DNA of 64,000 bases from the human T2T-CHM13v2.0 reference genome, Homo sapiens: NCBI RefSeq assembly GCF_009914755.1, contig NC_060926.1; one strand, 5' to 3'. A model generated the notes under the pieces. The model saw only the letters and a list, made by a program, of their open reading frames with translations. It was not told where the DNA came from and did not search any database. How positions within the stretch are numbered: position 1 is the first letter of the stretch; the number at the start of each line of letters is the position of its first letter. Below, in pieces: positions 42,618 to 57,215 of this stretch. The position numbers and the translations under genes are program-made.

Positions 42618-45600
42618 CCCTAGGTGATGGGTTGATAGGTGCAGCAAACCACCATGGCACACATATATCTATGTAACAAATCCATATGTTCTGCGCTTGT
42701 ATCCCAGAACTTAAAGTAAAATAAAAAATAAAATAATAAATAATAAAAAAGTACTGCCTATGAAAAATGGACCTGGTCCATATTTGATGCTCTGAAAAAT
42801 GCTAGCCAGGCCCTGTCCTTTCTGATTGATAAGGGAAAGGCCATAGGTAACTGGAATTTCCTCACAGCCTGCTTTGCCAGCCCTATAATCTACCCTTCGA
42901 TCTCCTCTCCAGAGAAGAGGGCCAAGGCTATGACAATGAGTCAGGGTTTATTTTCTCTTGGGGAGTGTTTGGGGAGGGTCACTGGGTAAGGAGAGAGAGA
43001 AAAGAGAGGCAGGAAGGGCCCATGCCCTGGGATGTTTTGTACTTTGTTGAGCTTCCCTGGGCAGACTCTTTCTGTCCAATGATTCCACGTTTGCCCCACT
43101 TTTAGGGTACATGGGCCACTCAGCTTTTCTTCCCCTTCCTTGCTCATTGTCCACTCCCCAAAGTGGCTGAAGAACTTTGCCATGGCGGGCTCTCAAAGCT
43201 GGCTTATGGATTAACAGAAGATGCCAAGATGCAAAATGTTCAACCACCTCTTACTTCATCCTCTCCCCGAAGCCGTGGGAATAAGAAAAAATGGGATAAT
43301 GTGATAGATATTGGACAGACAATATGAGGAATTCAGTTTGAGTCCAGGCATGACTAGTTACCTCTCATGTGTGAACTTTGGTTTTCTCACCAAAAGAAAC
43401 CAAAAGCTGTTAAAGCAGTGCATTTTAACAGCTGCTTCTGAGGCTACTACTACCCCAATCTCCAAGACAATTCTGGTGTTGGAAATTTCAGAATACAGTG
43501 GGGGCAGATTCTAAGGCAGGCAGCCGGCCACTGGATTGTCTTCCAATGGGTGTCCACACCCATAGACAGCTGGCCCTGCTGCAGAGTGGGAGCAAAATAT
43601 TCCTGTTAACACTAACCAAACTATTCAATTGTAGGAGAAAAGAAAAAAATCCTTCAATTACACTTCTATTGAGTGTCTTTCTGCTCCTCAGCTGCTTTCC
43701 AGGAGCTGCCATCCTTCTGGCCCTAAGGTTAATACTCCTTGCCCTTTCACGATTCAGACAACTTGCCTTCATAGTGGCAAGCTGAAATGGGTAGCTCTCA
43801 CTTTGTTTGAGTTGATAAGCCACTTGCTCTACAGTTGGTGTCCAGGAACCACAGGCTGCCTTAATCTTCAAGATGTGCTTGAAGACACCTGGTTTTCAGA
43901 GCAGACTGCAAAGAGAAAACTGGTCCAACATTTTGTACTTTGCAACACCAAAGTGACATAGGAAGGATTAGCCATGAAACATGACTAATAAGGAGAGGCG
44001 TAGCCATGAAATGTAACTCCTCTAGGGAGGGTCAAAAAGACACATCCACATTGGTGGATGTTCATGTCAGCAAAAAGGTGAGAAAGCCACCAGCCACTCC
44101 CATCCCACATTGACAATTATCAGTGCCTTTCCCAAAGCTTCGACTTCTGCGGCCATCCCCTACCTTGATTTTTCTCTTCCAATGAAAGATGACCTGTTTC
44201 TATTCAAGACAGAGGTGAGGCATGCCAACTGTCTGAGTTGTGTCCTGCCTGGCAAATGTGCCCTACATGTGTATACAACAGACAGACAGTGGAATATACA
44301 ATCCCAGCACCGAGCATATTAATTCTTGGATCTTTGAACTCTGGAGAGTTTAAGTGTGATAATTGGCTGTGTTTGGGCCAGATCCTGCCTAGTAAAACAG
44401 GCTATGCAAATGTACCGATTAAAATGCGTTCCTTCTGTAATTCTTAGTCCGCAGCAACCTCCTTTTAGCTGTTAAAGCTGTACTTTCTAGCTTTAAATAG
44501 GAATGGAGTTAATATTACTACTCATTTGGTTGAAACTGAATTAGGCTTTTCTACATTCTGATTTAATTTCTTACAAAACATGGAGACACAGGTTTTTCTC
44601 ACTCAAACTAGCCTCAGTGCCTCTTGGGCAATAATACCTTGGGACTTGCCTAAAACACCAGGTTAAGTCTTATTTTCCTTGGGCCTCTTCCGAGGTTCTA
44701 GACCTAGTGTGCTTCTTGAATCTCTCTCCTTCACCCTCTTCCAACTCAGTGCCTATGAGGTAGAGACTGTAGAATCTATTTTACAGGAGGGATTCAGAGG
44801 GGTCTAGGGCTTCAGCACAGTGCTCAGCCTTAAGCAACCCAACCGCAGAGGCAGGTCCACACCCACCCAGGGGCAGGGGTGGGAAACTACCTTCCCTCAG
44901 CCCCTCCTGGCGGTCTTCCAGGCACTGTCCTGGGTGTTTTCCTTCCATCACTGTACCTCATCTGCAGAACAACACTGAGAAGTGGACGGTTTCTTCTTCT
45001 CTCTATAGGTGAGGAAGCTGAGGCTTAAAAAGTTTTCTTGCCCCCAAATGAAAGGACTACCCCAAGGCAGACCCAGAGAGTGACCTAGAACTGGATAATG
45101 CAGAATATCCAGTGTTGTTCATCTCTCTCCTGCAGCTTCAGAATCTCAGTTTAGGGCTGAAGATTAATTTACACAATAGATGAGAAACCAATGAAGTGTT
45201 TTATCTTGGTTACTCTTAGACCCAAAGCCTGTAAACTTTTCATATCTGAAAAGCCTTCTTCATGATAGGGGACAGATCTATATTTTCTAAATGTCAGGCC
45301 CATTTTGCAGAATGACTATGACCTTCAGGAGGATCCAGAGATCTTGACCTTTTTTTGTTTTAACCCAAGAGAATCTGACCATTGAAAAAGAGCATTGAGA
45401 AAAAGACACACTTTCCAGGACCTGCCTATCACATATGTGAAATCATTGTCACTTACTTTCTTGTTATTTCCATCATGGAAGAAAGGTAAGGTAATGGAAC
45501 CTTCTGGAAAAGATCTGCCAGCTGAGAGGAGCGTCAAGTGCTATGAAGGGAAAGGGCTCTAGCAGAGCAGTGAGGATGGTTCTGGGCTTGGTCCTGCACA

Positions 45601-45914
45601 GAGCAGCTGAGACCCCAGCAGGTCTATTTCTGTCTCTAGGCCTGTTTCTTTGCATTTGGAAGATGAAAGAAATGGAGCATGTACCCTCCATGGTGCCATT
45701 CATCTCTGAAGGTCAGTGATTCTATAGGCTTACCCTGGGCCGACACAATCAAACCTACAGAACACTCAGCCTGCCTCTGCTCAGGAGATGCTGCCCCTAA
45801 ACAAGGACTTGTTGTCATCCCAAGAGGCAGATTTCCTATGGAAGAAGGGTGAATGTACATCACACTCAATGGGGACTTGGTTTGCCTCCAGATTCTCAAA
45901 GAATTAAAAAGCTT

Positions 45915-46215
<301 letters not shown>

Positions 46216-48238
46216 TTATGTGAGTTTTGCACATAATAGTTGCAGGATGAACGAGTGAGTGTGTGTGCACACACCTGCATGTGTGTGTGTGTGTTCATGC
46301 ATTTTTATCATCTGATACTCACTTCCTGAAATCTCCCAGTATATGAATCACATTTTTAAAGACTGAATTCATTAACAATTAGCTTCTAGACATTGTTTTA
46401 GTATGAAGCACAGCCATTCAGGAAAATGTTGTGGTAAGTATCAGAAAACCACGGTGGTGACCCTGCCCAAAGACATACCCAGTCTCCCTTATCAAAACCC
46501 CCTGGCTGTAGAAGAGTTGTCAATGACAAACCACCTTGAACACTCTGAACCTGAGGGTGGAAATATAGCCTCTAGGAATGTGTGAGACTCCCAAAGCAGT
46601 CAGGCCCAAGGCCTGTGCCTAGGAAGCCCAGCATTGGTTACTCAGGCAGAGATGGAGGCCTTCCAACCGGGGCCATGTACCAAGCCGAGACACTCAAGGA
46701 GATTGCATGTAGGTTCCAGCTATTCTCCATAACACCACAAAAGGGGAATAGGGAGCTTGGTGCATTTTGGACACTTGGGTCTCCTCTTGAGTGGGCTCAG
46801 AATATCTAACAATGCTCCTTTGTATCCAGACTGACCTCAGATTTCCCCAGAATCCCTTGGATCAAGGCCCTTTATGCCTCCTTAACCTTGAGCCTGTTAA
46901 CCCAGAGACTAGTTTCCTAAATCCTACTAGTTTTCTAAATCACCTTGGGTCAGTTTCAAGGTAGAGGACCAGCAGCTCCCCTTAGTTTTAAAGACATCCC
47001 CTCCAACATTGCCCAGTTTCCAGGTGAATGTAGGGTGGCAGGGCCTTAAAGGGCAGCCCCCTGGGGCAGGTCCACATCAGCCCCTTGGATGAGGCCTTGC
47101 AGCCTCAGGCCACCGTGAGCTTTGGAAGCAAATACTGCAGAATGAAAGGAAGAGTCATAAAAAAGAGAAGAATGCCATGCCCATCAATTCCATAACACTT
47201 CATCCTTCTTGATTTTGTCTCTTATTATGAAGTAAAGCTGGAGGTCTTACTTTCTTGTTCCTGGCAACGCATGCTGTAGTGTGTATAGAAGAGCCCTGAC
47301 CCCCATGGAGAGGACTTCTGTGAAGGCGTGTGGGAAGTGTATTCATAAGTAATAACACTCGCCAAGGACTCACTGGGGCTGGTCACCATGCCAGGCACCT
47401 TACATGATCATCTTATTTAATCCCTATGAATTAGGCAGGATTCTTATCTCCATTCAACAGATGAAGGCATTGGAGCTCAGAGAAGTGAAGTCACATCTGA
47501 TGTTACTCAGATAGGAAGGGACTATGTGGTCTTTTACTGATGTGTTTCCTTCCTGTGAGTCCTGAGGCCCTGATTTCAGTAGGTCACAAATGGGATTGCC
47601 AATAGAAAAGGCAGCAGACATAGCTTCCCTCATGTAGAGCCACAGACATGGACATGTCTGTGGCTGCAGTGAGGCAGGAAACAGTGTACGAGCTCCACAA
47701 GTGAGGCAGAGCTGACAGCCACTGACTCTGAAAGTATCACCTAAAGGCAATGCCAACCTTACTGTGGTGCAACAAAATACTAAAGAAATGGTCATGGTCA
47801 TGTGCCATCAACTCCTTCAAAATGACAATTGAAATACTATTTCTCAGGATGGACAGGAGGCTGTGCTGAAAAAAAAAGGCATGGTATGCAAATTCTGAAT
47901 CAGCCAATGTGCTGATTTAGAATCTCGATATTCTAAATGGCCACACTTCATACTACAACAATGTACAAGCTCTACAAGTGAGGCAGGAAAGGACCTGGGC
48001 CCAGAGAGGGAAAGGCAGGGCAAAGCTGGGGGCAGGACAGGAGCCAGAGTGTCTTCGCTATCTTGAAGGTTCTGATATGACCTATAAAGTTGGGCCTGGG
48101 ATGCCCTAGGTGAGGACTGAGTCAGAGGACACATCACCAAGATCTAAGTCTGAATCTCAGTGGGTGTACGGCTCAGGAAGCCAAAGCCACAAGTGCAATA
48201 AAGCCCAGGGCTTAAAGTTCCCTTCTAGGTTTCTTGAT

Positions 48239-48597
48239 TGTATTAGTCTGTTCTCATGCTGCTAATAAAGACATACCAAGACTGGGTAATTTATAAAGAA
48301 AAAGAGGCTTAATGGACTTAAAGTTCCACATGGCTGGGGAAGCCTCACAATCATGGCAGAAAGCGAAAGAGGAGAAATGCACATCTTACATGGCAGCAGG
48401 CAAGAGTGTGTGTGCAGGGGAACTGTCCTTTATAAAACCATCAGATCTCCTGAGATTTACTATCATGAGAACAGCACAGGAAAAAGCTGCCCCCACGATT
48501 CAATTACGTCCCACTGGGTCTGTCCCATGACATGTAGGGATTATGGGAGCTACAATTCAAGATGTGATTTGTGTGGGAACACAGCCAAGCCATATCA
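48239..48597 (-). mobile_element. THE1C-like solo LTR (sense to ALK, intron 2)
   Basis: Termini tgtattagtc...ccatatca; TSD ttgat/ctgat. Confidence 0.92.
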
Positions 48598-50606
48598 CTG
48601 ATGTCTTCCAGAATATGTGCTGTGTTTCTTGGGTCTGATTGGGATCCCAGTTTAGAAAACTGAGGGTGGGTGGGCAAAGTTTCTGTGGCCATCAGGATGT
48701 ATCTGTTTTCAGAAGGGGCCTATAAGAATTCATTTAACTGAATACTTGGTCAATGGGATCTGCATCTGAAAACAGAATTATCGGGCTTGCCACTCACTTA
48801 AAATATGACAATATGATTGTGATTTTGTATTGGGGTTATTTTCCTGCTAAAAATGCTTTCCTGTCTCCAGTTATCTTGACTTGATGTCTAACTACTGGGA
48901 TACAGAGCCTGACGCTGGGCCTGACTGTCCTCACTTGTTGAATGGTGATGTCTGTGATACCAATCAGTCGTACAATCTTTTCCCATATGTCTATGGCCAT
49001 ATGTCTTATTCATCAAGTGACCTTAATATTGTCATGAATGATTCACAGGAATAGAGCACAAGACTTGAGATTTGACTCTAATTCTGCCATTTGTCAGCTC
49101 TGTGATATGGGACACTGCTTTGTGCTAAGCCTCAGTCAGGTCATCTCAGTGAGAAGCCTCATTTCCCAGAACTGCTGAAAGGGCTTAAGATGATGAGGCA
49201 TGTGCTTAGAATGGAGAAATTCCCAAAGCACATTGGCTGATTCCGAATTTGCATAACCATGCCTTTTGTGAACACAGCTTCCTGTTCATCCTGAGAAATA
49301 GTACTCCAATTGTCAATCTGAAGGAGGTGATGGCACGTGACCATGACCATTTCTTTAGGATTTTGTTGTACCAAAGTAAGGTTGGCATTGCCTTTAGGTG
49401 ACATTTGCAGTCAGAGGCTGTTAGAACTTTAAGAAACATTTGAGGTCAACCATTTCTTCACTGGAGAAGTGAAAAAAAGCAAGACCCAGGCAAGGGAAAA
49501 TACTGACTTAGGGCCACGCCACTGATTAATGAGTCCTTCACATACAGTGTGGAGGGCATTTCTCCTGGTTGCAGAAGTCTTTCTGAATGTCACCTCTTCA
49601 GGGAACACCAGACGGGAGCTGGTCAGACGTACTGAACCACCAGCTGTCATGCATCCTCAGGCTTCACTTACTGGCCCCTCCAGCTGAGACTGGTTTTCTT
49701 AATGGCATAGGAAAATGCCAATGTATTCCTGACAAGCCTGGTTAAGTGTCTTCAATAAAGAACCATATGAAACATCATGCGTACACGGCAATTCTCTTAC
49801 AGCTGGCCTTTAGAGAGATCTACACGTAAAGCTACATTTCATTAAATGGAACCCCAGAAATTAGCATTCTTAAAACACTGTCAGTCCTTAAAGATTGTAC
49901 CCAGCTCAAGGGAACTCTCTCAGTGGCCACTAATCTTGAGGCACAGGGAGGATCCTCTTTGCTCGAGGGATTCATCAGAATGTCCCAAATGTAGGCCTTC
50001 AGAGTCATGAGGGACCTTGGAGACCTCTGAGAGGAAGGGAAAGGCTGGAGAATGATGGGGATCATCAAAGAATGCACAGTGGCTGGTTGCAAGGCTGGTA
50101 CTAAAATTCTGTTTCTAATCCTGTGATTGTTATTATTATAATTATTCAAAGCTGTGTATAACAAAAAACAATATCTTAAACAAGTAGAAAAATTCTGAAA
50201 AATCCTATTTTTTTCTTGAATAAATTGGCAAAAACATATATGGCTACGTTTCAAATATCTCCCAATGATCAGATGGCTCAACTCACCTCCAATAAAGCTT
50301 TTTGGGTTGTCTCCTCCTGCATGTATTCTTCTGCCAACAAACTGCTTTTTGATGGTTGCTGGAAGCTCCCTGCTGGTGAGCAGGTCTGTTCTCAGGCCAG
50401 GAGCCACAGTGAGAACAGGGTGGGGGAAAGCATGGGGCCAGAAGCAAAGGGGAAAGTTCACTAGAGAATTCTTAGGAAGCCTCCCAGCTCCAGGCGCATC
50501 AGCCTTGTGCTTGGGGCAATTCATTTAACCACTTGAGTCTTGGTTTTCTCATGGATAAACCAGGGAGAATTATCACACTAATGATTTTGATAAAAATAAT
50601 ATAAAT

Positions 50607-51002
<396 letters not shown>

Positions 51003-51639
51003 TTAATAGATGGATACTCTTACCACCTTGGCCCTGTGATGCAGACACAGCACTGTGTCTTCCTGTGCCTCAGATTTACCACCAGGAACCTGGGGATGAA
51101 CTGACCTGACTTGACCTTGGAGGACCCAGGGAGAAGCAGGCTAGAACAGACATCCTTCTTTCCTTGCCCTATTTTATATCAACCTCTCAGGGGGCTGGGA
51201 GAGGCACCAGAGTGTCTGGGGAGGCATTGCAGGGAGTAACTGCAAGCACAGATCCTGCATGAGGTCAGGCTCCCAAGTTGGAAATTTGGCTGTGCCATTA
51301 CTAGCTCCACATGTCAGAGAAAATTAATCCCTTTGTGCCTCAATTTTTTCAACTGAAAAATAAGAATTAAAGCAGGGACCACCTCCTGGAACTGTGAGGA
51401 GGGTGAAATGCAATAGTGTATGTTGAGTGCCCTGCATGGTGACTTGCACACAATTTGGCCTTATTTAATGATGCGCGTCATTGCTGTTACTCTTTAAGTG
51501 TCTCCAGGAGTCAGCAATGGCAGAGAGCACATAAGAGGGAGTATATCCAGCACAGCAGGAAGAAAACTTTGTTTCAAGCCCTGTTTCAGCTGGAAGCATA
51601 AAAGGAAAAGGGGTGGAGAAACGTGTGCTCCTCTCTCAA

Positions 51640-51830
51640 TATTTCCTTTGCGATGGCTGATTGAGCTTGCCTTTGGAAGACCTCCAGCGAGATGATCTGG
51701 GTTCTAGCTCTGGCTCTGTGATATAACTTCACACAAGTCACTTAAGCTTTCCAGACCTCAGTGTCCTCATCTGTAAAATGGAGTGGGGGAATAAAATGAT
51801 TCTCAGGTCTCTTCCATCTCTACCATGCTA
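51640..51830 (+). mobile_element. MIR SINE
   Basis: caagtcacttaagctttccagacctcagtgtcctcatctgtaaaatgg core. Confidence 0.7.
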
Positions 51831-52399
51831 AGAATAATTGCCCCTTTGGGCAGGTGGCCAAAATAAACTCTCTAACTTCACTCTCGCCAGCTGGTCAGCA
51901 GGAACCCAGGGGGCCTGACTTCCAGCCCAGGCTCCGATGATTAGGGACTGTGGCTCCCCCTTTCTGGATTATCTCCTTGGCTCACCAGTCACCTTTGTTA
52001 TTAATCCACCAGCTGCCATCAACATCTGGTCACTTGCTTCATAACACTAAGTATCCAACCTGGCCCCTACCCCCTCTGCCCACAACCACTGTTCATTTGT
52101 CATAGAGCCCCAGAACTTGAAACCATTCACTTCCTTCCCACCAGCCTGCTCCCTGGAATGCATCTGGGAACCAATCACCCAATTCAAGACATCTGTTTAG
52201 CTCACTTATAATCAAGCTGAAGAGAAGAAGGGCCAAGTCTCCTTCCATCAATCAATTACATGAACACAGCCTCAGAGGGCAGTGTGTGTGCGCACGTGCA
52301 CATGTGCACACTGCAGTGGGAGATACACACGGAAAGCTGAATTCTTATTTCTCTTATCTGTGACCATTACTATGTTACAGATAGAAAAACAGGACTCTG

Positions 52400-52590
52400 C
52401 TCTTAATCATAGAACAGAAAATTGAAAATAATTAATTCTGAGGTTAACTAGCTCAGCTTCTTCATTTTATAGATGGGAAAATTAAGGCTCAGAAGAGTGA
52501 AGGGACTTGGCCAAGGTGGCATGGCCTAGGGCTTGGAGCAGTAAGAGAGTTGAGACCAGAACCCAGATTGGACTTCCAGTTTAATTCTCT
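52400..52590 (-). mobile_element. MIR SINE
   Basis: cattttatagatgggaaaattaaggctcagaagagtgaagggacttggccaagg core. Confidence 0.7.
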
Positions 52591-52621
52591 GCTTGCAATT
52601 TCCAGGAAACACTCATGCAGA

Positions 52622-52622
<1 letters not shown>

Positions 52623-52684
<62 letters not shown>
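52623..52684. repeat. (TG)31 perfect microsatellite; reads (CA)n in ALK pre-mRNA
   Basis: Read directly. Confidence 0.97.
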
Positions 52685-52686
<2 letters not shown>

Positions 52687-53716
52687 GGGTAAGGAAGTCT
52701 CTAACAGAATGAAGCAGGCTCCAGAGGGCATGGTGAAATCCTTAGCAGTTGTATCACTGCTCAATATGACATCTGTCTAAATGGGTTTATTCCTGAAACC
52801 AGAAGGCTGGAGATGAACTCTGAGCAATGTGGCATCCATGACAACAGGAGAAGCCTGGTGGTTAAGGGAGACCCCAGAATATGCAGACGGACCTCCCCAC
52901 TTACTCTTCTGTCTCTAAAGAGACAGGACCTACTGGGTGTTAATGTGAACATGGGGTTCCATTCCTCCCTGTTTTCAAACACAGGAAGGTACCAGACTGC
53001 CCGAGCACAGACCTTCTACCCTTCAGGGAAGGGTCCCAGTCCAGTTGGGGGATGAACTTGCCCATACCTAACTCTAAGAGGCCTCAGGGAAAACAGAACA
53101 AGGGAGGCTCTTTGCCTGGGAGGACCAAAGGTCCACAGAAAAAGCAACTGCTGGGCTGCATCTTGAAGGATGAAACAATTTGAACAGATAGTAAGGGTTT
53201 GGCTAGGAAGTTTGCTAAGAACAGAGGAGGAGATAAGGTTATTCTAGGCAGGTGAAGAACTGATATTGCTTAATTCAGTATAGTTGTATAAATTTTGAAG
53301 CTGAACTGCATGAATTAAATCCCAGCTCAAATACTAGTGTGATTAAAGGCAAAATGCTTTCAAGTTCCAGAGGGCAAAACTAGGGACTTAAAAGAGTTTT
53401 AAGCAAGAGGCTTAGAGCAAATGGAGCCACGCCACCAAAACCCACCTTTTGCTGTGCCCTGGGCACATTCAGATCTGTCGTCATGTCCTCATAATAATGC
53501 TGTCAGTTGGTAATCCTGATCACCTCCACTTTAAAGATGACATAGACAACCAAAAGGATTAGGTAGTGGCTGAAGGTAATACAACTCACAAGAATCAGAG
53601 CTGGGAATTCATTCCACATCTCAGATTCCCAAGATGAGTTTTCCCCACTGTGGTTCCATGTGTTGCTTTCAGGCAGAGGCTGGAAGACCTTTTGTTGGGA
53701 TGTTACAGAGGAGATT

Positions 53717-54023
<307 letters not shown>

Positions 54024-55606
54024 CAGAGAAGATTTAAACAGGCAATGCAGAGGTGAGTTAAAGCCCTAGGATTACCAGACCTAGTTCTCTAGTCCAGTGA
54101 ATACCCTCACCAGAATCCTGTTTTTAAGGTGCTCTCCAAGTGACTATGAGGCAACTAGACTGAGTGTGGCCATGTGTTCATCTACACCAGGAAGGCCCTG
54201 ACCCCACACTGAGGCAATCTGTGGGGCAGCAAAACTCTGCTGGGCTGGAAACCCAAGGTATTCAAGGGATGAGTTGTGTAAAGCAACAGATGGGACTGAA
54301 ATGTGAGAAAATACTTTGTGAGCCATCTTATTGAGAAGAAAATGAACCCTTGCCTCTATGGTAGAGAGGTTAGGTGTGGGCTCTGCCAAGCAGATGGCCT
54401 GGGTTTGAATCTCTGCTTTGCTGCTAGTCCTGGGGAGATCACTAACCTCTCTAGGCCTGTTTCCTCATCCTACAGATGTGGCTATTTTATCAGACCACAG
54501 AAGGCCCTGACAGCTCACAATTTCTATGAACTTCTCATAGACCAAATTATTCTAGTCATCTACCCAAATGGGCTGGTTCAAGTCCTGTGAATTGGAGGTC
54601 TCTTCTGACACAAAGTTTTGCACCTGAGGTTGCTCTCGACAAAACATTTTAAGAGGATTTTCTCTCATTTTTCTCACTCTTGATCAGTCCTTTTCCTGAA
54701 CATGTTTTGGACACACGTCTTTCTAGGTTGGTTAGAAGTGCTCTGTATACAGTATCTCAGATGTCCCAAAGCTGTCAAAAGAGAAATTCCTCAGCTCACT
54801 CATGTCTGCTGAATATGCTTTTTTATGTTAAGAAAAGAAAAAAAGCAAGCCTGCTCAAAGTAGTTAAAATCACATCTTTGAATCCTCAACCAAATTAAGT
54901 CCAGCTCAGGAACTGGTCTCCCCCTCAGACACATTTCTTTCCTGAAACTGATTAATATGACTAGAAATGAGAGGGCTGGTGGGAATGTCCCTGCCCTTTA
55001 ATAAAACAGAGAACTTTGGGGGCTGAAAGGCTGTAGGTTGGGAATTGGGAGACCTCAGTTTGCTCCTCATTTGTCCCTGAACTGCTGAGCAGACATTGCC
55101 ATTACTTCTATTGAGTACACAATGAGTACACAACATGAGAGAAGTACTAGGTGTGCAAAAGGAAACAAGATGTGAATTCCTTGACGTTTAAATGCTTAAC
55201 GTCTAGGAAGAGTGATAACGCAGGACCACAAATAACTAAGACACAAGGAAAAGTGTGACATCAGAGGCACCAAGTAGCGGGGAGACACATAAAAATTTTC
55301 TCCATGAGAATATGGGGATAAAGTGAGGTCCACCACCTCCCAGACTGTTCTAATTTGGGGTTATAGTGCGGTCACCAGCTGCTGGTTGTGAATACTTGCT
55401 ATATGGTATCCAAAAGGAAGCTCTATTAAATCCAAGAGCCATGTCATGTCTGCTAAAAATGAGCAAACCTTCCTATTAGGTACTGATGGTTCATTAGACC
55501 CAGAGAGAGATTCTGTCTCCACAGAACTGATTGGAATGTTGGGGGTATCACACATGCATACAACATTCCTTCATCTAAAAATTCCTCACTTCCTTGGCTT
55601 TGCTGT

Positions 55607-55998
55607 TGATATGATTTGGCTGTGCCCCCACCCAAATCTCATCTTGAACTGTAGCTCTCATAATTCCCACGTACCATGGGAGGGACCCTGTGCAAGGTAA
55701 TTGAATCATGGGGGCAGGTCTTCCGCATGTTGTTCTCATGATAGTGAATAGTCTCATGAGATCTGATAGTTTTATAATGTGGAGTTCCCCTGCACATGCT
55801 CTCTTTGCCTGCCACCATGTAAGATGTGGCAAGAGGTAAGCACATCTTACTTACCACAAAATGCTCCTCCTTGCCTTCTGCCACGATTGTGAGGTCTCTC
55901 AAGCCATGTGGAACTGTGAGTCAATTGAACCTCTTTCCTTTATAAATTACCCAGTCTCAGGTTTGTCTTTATTAGCAGCATGAGCACAGACTAACACA
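55607..55998 (+). mobile_element. THE1C-like solo LTR (antisense to ALK)
   Basis: Termini tgatatgatttggctgtg...gactaacaca; internal rearranged insert at about 55829-55862. Confidence 0.92.
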
Positions 55999-56146
55999 GG
56001 TGACTATACCATCTCCTGGTTCTCCTCCTGTCTCCCATTTCTTCATCTCTCTGTTTCATGCTCCTCTTCCTCTGCTTACCTCTCAAATGAAACATCCTGG
56101 ATCTCCTCTGGGTCTTCAACCTCCAATCACCAGCTTCAACCTCAGT

Positions 56147-56469
<323 letters not shown>

Positions 56470-56482
56470 TCAACCTCAGTCT

Positions 56483-57215
56483 TGCTGCTAATAACTCTCC
56501 ATCCACTTCTCTCCTCAAAGCCAAGACCTGGGTTTACAGCTCTCTACTGGCCATCTTCACCTGGCTGTCTTGAAGGCATTTCAAATGTAACTTGATTACG
56601 GTGGATCTCACCACATTTCCTCCTCCCTCTAGATGTCTTGGTCAACATCTTTCCTTGCCAAATGTTTCTCTTCTCTGTTCCAGTCAATGACATCTTCATC
56701 CACTCAATTACTCAAGGTGGATTCTCCTGAATAGGAAACCAAGTGGTGCTCACCTTATATCCAGAATCTCTTCCAGATTCTCCTCCTTCCCTTTCTTTTC
56801 CATCCTATGCCTCATATGTAGGACCATGCCCAACTCCTGAGCATTCTCAGAGTAACTGTCTCTCCAGCCTCACCCCAGGTCCTCTACAACCTTTGCCACA
56901 GAGCTTGACCTGTTCCCAAACACCTTTGCACATGCATCCCTTTTGTCCAGAACACTCTTCTCCTGACTCTCTGTGTTCCCTAGAGTCCAAGGTCCAGTTC
57001 AGCTGCCGCAGTCTCCAAAACATCTCCCTTCTTGAGTCCTCTACAGACCTGGTCCTCCCTCCTCTGTGTTCCTGGGCCTCTGTTACTGCATTTGTCAAAG
57101 AGCAGGTATGCTTACCTCTTCCCCCAGAGCTCCTTGAGGGAAGCAAATGTGTCCTATTTGTCTTTATCACTGACATGTCTAGAGCACAACTAAGCATACA
57201 CTCGGCACTCCACGA
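56483..57215 (+). mobile_element. L2 LINE remnant
   Basis: ctactggccatcttcacctggctgtct...ggcatttcaaatgtaac and 3' end gagctccttgagggaagcaaatgtgtcctatttgtcttt. Confidence 0.65.

Larger units (their letters stand above)
41178..42750 (+). mobile_element. Short older L1PA (about PA10-13) 3' end, split into 41178-41214 and 42619-42750 by a nested insertion
   Basis: Joined sequence aatgtatgtgcggcttacaacctagatgatggg|ttgataggtgcagcaaaccaccatggcac...aacttaaagtaaaa followed by an A tail; outer TSD core tactgccta at 41163-41171 and 42752-42760. Confidence 0.8.

Noticed and set aside
46420-46960. Possible very old LTR
   Set aside because: The composition is suggestive, but I could not identify termini, a TSD or a family with confidence.
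49832-50524. 230-aa minus-strand ORF
   Set aside because: No recognisable homology or domain and no evident splice context; consistent with a chance intronic ORF.
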